DNA of 64,000 nt from Turneriella sp. (GTDB lineage Bacteria > Spirochaetota > Leptospiria > Turneriellales > Turneriellaceae). The translations under genes were made by a program, and so were the position numbers. Below, one piece after another: positions 59,649 to 64,000 of this stretch. Every line of letters begins with the position of its first letter. The stretch's first letter is position 1. The stretch covers positions 4,736,001 to 4,800,000 of the forward strand of contig CBDIID010000003.1 of NCBI GenBank assembly GCA_965279515.1, given 5' to 3'. The notes under the pieces were generated by a model that worked only from the letters and a program-made list of their open reading frames with translations, made no database searches and had not been told where the DNA came from.

Positions 59649-61934
59649 ATGCGTCGGTTATTCCTGCCCGGTTTCTATTTAATCTCGAACCTGATTTCGT
59701 ACGGCGCATCGGCGGCTTCGAGCGCACTCTATGCCGGTATTCTCACATTTGTCTTCATTCTCTATTATAGCTACGCGATCAAACTGCCTGCAATCACCGA
59801 ACTCATTATTGTCGTGGGCTCAGCCGCGGGACTCACGACCGTGATCCACGGTATCTGGTTCGGGATATTTCACAAAGTACACTTCTCGGGCCTTACTGGT
59901 CCCATGCGGCTGATGAACCGGGCGATCGTGCGCGGACCTACCTGGTTCAAGGTAGACATCCGGCAGAATTTAAACGCCGACGAATACCGCATGCTGCACC
60001 GCAAGCTCTGCTACCTGCCGCGTGAGAATGCCATGATGTCGGTGGCGATGGTGCTGGTCATCGTCTCGGCGGTGACGTTTTACCTTATCCGCTGGCAGAA
60101 TTATCCCTTCATTAACCTGATCCAGGTCGAGGTGATGGCGCTCATCGCCGGTTTTATCCATGCGGGGTTTACCGCGGTTATCACCGAGCTCGTCACGGGT
60201 GAGATGCGCACGCGCGTGAAACAGATCATGTATGAAAAGAAGGTTGAGTTCAGCGAGATCGCGCTCTCGACGGTGCGCTCCAAAATTCTGTTTTTCATTT
60301 TGATCATGATCGCAACGCTCTTTATCTCGAACTTCATGGTCTATCATAACGTTGAGTTTCCCGTGATGATCCGTTTCTCGATCTTTGCAATCTTTGTCGC
60401 GGCGACCATGGCTTACATGCTGTTCTCGATCGTGCTGCAGTCGCTGCGCGAGATCGAAGCGACATCCAAGAGTATCAAAGAAGGCAAGGATGCCATGCTT
60501 TTCCCCCAGGCACTCGACGAAGAGTTTATCAACGTTGCGACGGGGCTCAACACTGCGACGACGACAATCCGCGACTACCAGGCCAACCTCGAGCGCAAGG
60601 TCGAAGAGCGCACGCTGGAGCTAACGAAGGCAAATGACTCCCTCAACGCCAAAGACAAACTCATCCAGATGGAACTCGATTTCGCCTCCGAGATCCAAAA
60701 AGGAATCATTCCCGCGCGCATCGAAGAGTGGAACGGCCTGAGATTTTTCGGCTACTATAAACCGATGGAAAAAGTCTCGGGCGACTACTACGATGTTTTT
60801 CCCGCGCATGGTAACCGGCTGGGTGTGCTGATGGCTGACGTTTCGGGTCATGGTGTGCCTGCGGCGCTCATCACGACGATGGCAAAGGTGGCGTTTGCGC
60901 GTGCCGCGCAGAACACGCACTCGCCGGCGCAAACCTTCCGCGAGGTCAACGACCAGCTATTGCAGATCGTCACCACGCAGGATTATCTCACAGCGTTTTA
61001 CCTGACGATTGACGAGACGCACCACTTCTATTTCGGCAATGCCTCGCACCAGCACGCGAAGATTGTGCGCACGCATGGCGGCGTCAGGGTCGGCGTGGGT
61101 GCAGAAGCCGGGTCGGCGGCCGGGCCGCAGGGTGAGGTGGATAATCCGCTCATCGAATCGCTCGATACCGACGGCCTTTTTGTCGGCGCGATGGAAGAGG
61201 CGAGCGACAGCTATGGAGAAAAAGAAGGCAGGCTGTTTGCCGGCGACCGCCTCTTCCTCTACACCGACGGCCTCATCGAGATTCGCAACAAAGACGAGCA
61301 GGAATTCGGCAACGAGCGCTTCGATGCCTTACTCATTGCGGCGAAGGATTTACCCGGCGACAAGGCGGTGCAATTCATTATCGACGAGGTTTTTCGTTTT
61401 GCCGAAGGTTGCCATCCCAACGATGACATTTCGATTCTCATGGCGGAAGTGAACCGTGAGTATTCGAAATTTCTGCAGATCGCTGCGCGCGCTTACCAGA
61501 AAATAGAGCAGGGTGATAAGCAGGGTGGTGCGCGCCTTCTCGATGAAGCAATTAAACTCTATAGTAAAAACCTGCTTTCGCTGAAGACAGCGGGGGCGCT
61601 AAATTTTGATCTCGGGCGCATCGAAACGGCCGAGCGTTATTTTCGCGCCTATGCCGATATGAGTCGCCAGAACGCAGAGGTGTTTTTTTACCTGAGTTCG
61701 ATTGCGATTATCAAAGCCAATTTCGAACTCGCGGAAGAATATGCGCGCGAGGCGATTAACCTGCGGTCGAACTATGCCCTGGCATTTAACAACCTCGCGA
61801 TTTCATGCCTGAACCTCGGCAAGTTTGCCCTGGCGCGTTTTGCGATCGATAAGGCCCTGTCTTTTGAGCCGGAAAATGAAGAAATAAAGAAGAACTCCGC
61901 CCGGTTGGAGGAAATCCTGCACAAAAATCAGTAG
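59649..61934 (+). CDS. Membrane SpoIIE/PP2C phosphatase with C-terminal TPRs
   Basis: About 6 TM helices, HAMP/coiled coil, VSGDYYD, ADVSGHGVPAAL, YTDGL.E, DDIS, then TPRs. Confidence 0.92.
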   Translation: MRRLFLPGFYLISNLISYGASAASSALYAGILTFVFILYYSYAIKLPAITELIIVVGSAAGLTTVIHGIWFGIFHKVHFSGLTGPMRLMNRAIVRGPTWFKVDIRQNLNADEYRMLHRKLCYLPRENAMMSVAMVLVIVSAVTFYLIRWQNYPFINLIQVEVMALIAGFIHAGFTAVITELVTGEMRTRVKQIMYEKKVEFSEIALSTVRSKILFFILIMIATLFISNFMVYHNVEFPVMIRFSIFAIFVAATMAYMLFSIVLQSLREIEATSKSIKEGKDAMLFPQALDEEFINVATGLNTATTTIRDYQANLERKVEERTLELTKANDSLNAKDKLIQMELDFASEIQKGIIPARIEEWNGLRFFGYYKPMEKVSGDYYDVFPAHGNRLGVLMADVSGHGVPAALITTMAKVAFARAAQNTHSPAQTFREVNDQLLQIVTTQDYLTAFYLTIDETHHFYFGNASHQHAKIVRTHGGVRVGVGAEAGSAAGPQGEVDNPLIESLDTDGLFVGAMEEASDSYGEKEGRLFAGDRLFLYTDGLIEIRNKDEQEFGNERFDALLIAAKDLPGDKAVQFIIDEVFRFAEGCHPNDDISILMAEVNREYSKFLQIAARAYQKIEQGDKQGGARLLDEAIKLYSKNLLSLKTAGALNFDLGRIETAERYFRAYADMSRQNAEVFFYLSSIAIIKANFELAEEYAREAINLRSNYALAFNNLAISCLNLGKFALARFAIDKALSFEPENEEIKKNSARLEEILHKNQ

Positions 61935-61950
61935 CCGTCTTAACGGGGCC

Positions 61951-63459
61951 ATGCGTATTAGCAATATGCTTCGAATGGGTTCCCTTTTGTTCATTTTGCT
62001 GGTGTTTTTAGGGGGTGAAGGCCTTCTTGCCGCACGTAAGTTTGCCCTCATTGTGGGTTCCAACTACAAGGGCTCTGAAATCAGCCCGCTCAACCTCTGC
62101 GAAAAAGACGCCGAGGTGATGAAACAATCGATCGTCAATACGGGCAATTTTGAAGCGGCGAATGTCAAGGTGCTTCTGGGCGCCCAGGTCACGCGCGAAA
62201 ATGTGCGTTCGTCGATTGTCGACTGGCTGGGCAGCCAGGTGCGCGAAGGCGACCAGGTATTTTTCTTTTTCGCCGGCCACGGCCAGTTTTTCCGCGATCC
62301 CGCCGCGAAAAACGGCATGCGCAATTATATCATCATGTTCCAGCGCCCGCACGTTTCTGACGACGAGCTTTCAGAATGGTTTGGTAAACTCAAGACCAAA
62401 AAAGCCGTGATCATTCTCGATTGCTGCTTCTCGGGCGGTATTGCCAAGAAGGGTGCGGCGACGCGCGGCGCGGGTAAAGTGCCGATTCCAGAGGGGCAGG
62501 ACTATGCCGTGCTGCAGGATATGGAAGGCGTGCATTTCCAGAACAAGGTCGTTATCTCTTCGGCCGACGATAACGAGACGGCGATTGAAATCGGTAAACC
62601 GATCGAACACGGCATTTTCACGTATTTTTTCAGTAAGGCAATTTTAGAGGCGGATTTAAACGGCGATAAGAGTATTACCGCATACGAAGCCTTCTACAAG
62701 GCCCGCAATGAAACGACCAAACTCGCGCTGAAGGCCAACCACAAGCAGGTGCCGCAGATTTCAGGCGATGCTTCGGGTTTCCTTTTCGTCGCTGCGGCGG
62801 TTGTGCCACCTGCGCCTGAGCCGGTGCTGCCACCGGTGCCGATTCCACCGCCTGACCCGGTTGTGCCACCGGTAACGCCTGAAGAGCCGCAGAACCCGAC
62901 GAACAAAAAGACGGGCACGCTCATCATCAAGACAACCTACAAGCAGGAGCAGATTTCCGGCGGCGTAACGATCTATATCGACCAGAACGAATTCCCGTTC
63001 AGTACCCAATACGTCGATTTCGGCGCGTGGGGTAAAACGGCGCAGTTCACGCTGACGAAGATTCCCAGCGGTGTGCACAATGTCACCGTCAAAGCCCCGG
63101 GGTATCCCGATCAGGTGATTAAAACCGGCATCGAACCCAACGGCACGACGACCGAAACAATTACCTGCGGCCTCGCAGGCAAGGGCGCGATTGCGGGTAA
63201 GGTTTACCTCGAGAATTTCGACACGGGCGCCGAGGGTTTTATTGTCTTCATCAAGCCGCTGCCGAACTTCAAACAGCCTACAGCGACCAGCCGCAAAGAC
63301 GGTAGTTTCGCTTTCACCGAAGTGAAACCAGGCCGTTATACTGTTTTCTTACGCGGCTCTTCGAAGGCCCTGATCAAACAATACGATCAGGAGATTAACG
63401 TCGAGGCCGACAAGATCACCAATCTCGACATTGTGCTGAGAAATATTTTTGCGAAATAA
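61951..63459 (+). CDS. Exported caspase-family (C14) peptidase with Pro-rich linker and PEGA/carboxypeptidase-regulatory-like domains
   Basis: Signal peptide, KFALIVG, FAGHG (His), LDCCFSG (Cys), HGIFTY, QVP; PPAPEPVLPP linker; two beta-sandwich domains. Confidence 0.88.
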   Translation: MRISNMLRMGSLLFILLVFLGGEGLLAARKFALIVGSNYKGSEISPLNLCEKDAEVMKQSIVNTGNFEAANVKVLLGAQVTRENVRSSIVDWLGSQVREGDQVFFFFAGHGQFFRDPAAKNGMRNYIIMFQRPHVSDDELSEWFGKLKTKKAVIILDCCFSGGIAKKGAATRGAGKVPIPEGQDYAVLQDMEGVHFQNKVVISSADDNETAIEIGKPIEHGIFTYFFSKAILEADLNGDKSITAYEAFYKARNETTKLALKANHKQVPQISGDASGFLFVAAAVVPPAPEPVLPPVPIPPPDPVVPPVTPEEPQNPTNKKTGTLIIKTTYKQEQISGGVTIYIDQNEFPFSTQYVDFGAWGKTAQFTLTKIPSGVHNVTVKAPGYPDQVIKTGIEPNGTTTETITCGLAGKGAIAGKVYLENFDTGAEGFIVFIKPLPNFKQPTATSRKDGSFAFTEVKPGRYTVFLRGSSKALIKQYDQEINVEADKITNLDIVLRNIFAK

Positions 63460-63462
63460 CGG

Positions 63463-63924
63463 CTAGACTTCGTTCTCGTCTTTTTCGTAGTCAATCGATT
63501 CGCTGGCCGAGTCGCCCACGACGATAAAGTCGATCTGGTCGATGACTTCGTTTTCAAAGGCGATTTTCAGGCGGTATTCGCCTTCTTCGAGCTGTTTATA
63601 GTGGTCGATCAGCATGCCCTGGCCGTCGACGATCGTGCGGTTTCTGAGGTCGATCTCCTGGTAGCCTAAGGTTTTCTTTTGCAGGGATATACCGTAGAAC
63701 CTGCCGCTCTTGACCGCCCAGGGCCGGTAGGCATACCACAAGACATCGTCGCGTTCGAAAATCGGCTTTGTCGAGGGTTTTACGAAGCGCTGCGGTTTAA
63801 AGAAATGCTGCTCGAGCACCGGCAAATTACTGTGGTCGGCGACTGTGAAGGCGAACTGGCCCCTGCCTTTGAAGAAATTACAGCCGCCCGCAGACAGGGC
63901 GACCAATAACAGTATGCGGCGCAT
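63463..63924 (-). CDS. Hypothetical lipoprotein
   Basis: MRRILLLVALSAGG-C lipobox; Ig-like GEYRLKI. Confidence 0.7.
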   Translation of the reverse strand: MRRILLLVALSAGGCNFFKGRGQFAFTVADHSNLPVLEQHFFKPQRFVKPSTKPIFERDDVLWYAYRPWAVKSGRFYGISLQKKTLGYQEIDLRNRTIVDGQGMLIDHYKQLEEGEYRLKIAFENEVIDQIDFIVVGDSASESIDYEKDENEV

Positions 63925-63940
63925 ACTGTTATTCTCGGAT

Positions 63941-64000
63941 TTATTTCTCTACTGCTAAATAGCCCTGGCCATCTTTAACGATGCCGGGCGCCGAAACCGA
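63941..64000 (-). CDS. 3' end of a CDS entering from beyond the window
   Basis: Open frame SVSAPGIVKDGQGYLAVEK-stop ending 16 nt before the lipoprotein start. Confidence 0.3.
   Translation of the reverse strand, partial: SVSAPGIVKDGQGYLAVEK

Noticed and set aside
62800..62900. Short GC-rich tandem repeats (CCGGTG/CCACC)
   Set aside because: They simply encode the Pro-rich linker of the caspase-family protein.

Overview
A mid-50s % GC (by eye) bacterial chromosomal segment. Gene content (spirochete-type lipoproteins, TPR/NHL/VWA protein, CHASE2 cyclase, SpoIIE-TPR phosphatase, SET proteins, DUF1564-like paralogs) suggests a Leptospiraceae/Turneriella-like spirochete; this is an inference. 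Most of the window is housekeeping and signalling: an FMN-binding/ApbE flavinylation locus, a Kef antiporter, prfC, folB-galE-pmbA-tldD, topA, a sigma70-family factor, bioF-bioD-bioA-bioB, tRNA-Asp and an OlsF-like acyltransferase. No integrase, transposase, phage gene, rRNA or CRISPR array was seen. The most unusual observations are: (1) three dispersed, related ribbon-helix-helix-like genes, each preceded at near-identical spacing by the same 30-bp element TGAGAAAA-N9-TTTCTGGTATTTC; (2) three intergenic hairpin clusters with covarying stems and GGA loops that look like CsrA sites; (3) an A9 run whose slippage would fuse a membrane protein to a signal-less ApbE; (4) a duplicated tRNA-Asp 5' half carrying a 26-nt double-hairpin insert; (5) two REP-like palindrome families, one next to a gene with no canonical start codon; (6) a candidate novel RelE-like toxin-antitoxin pair.
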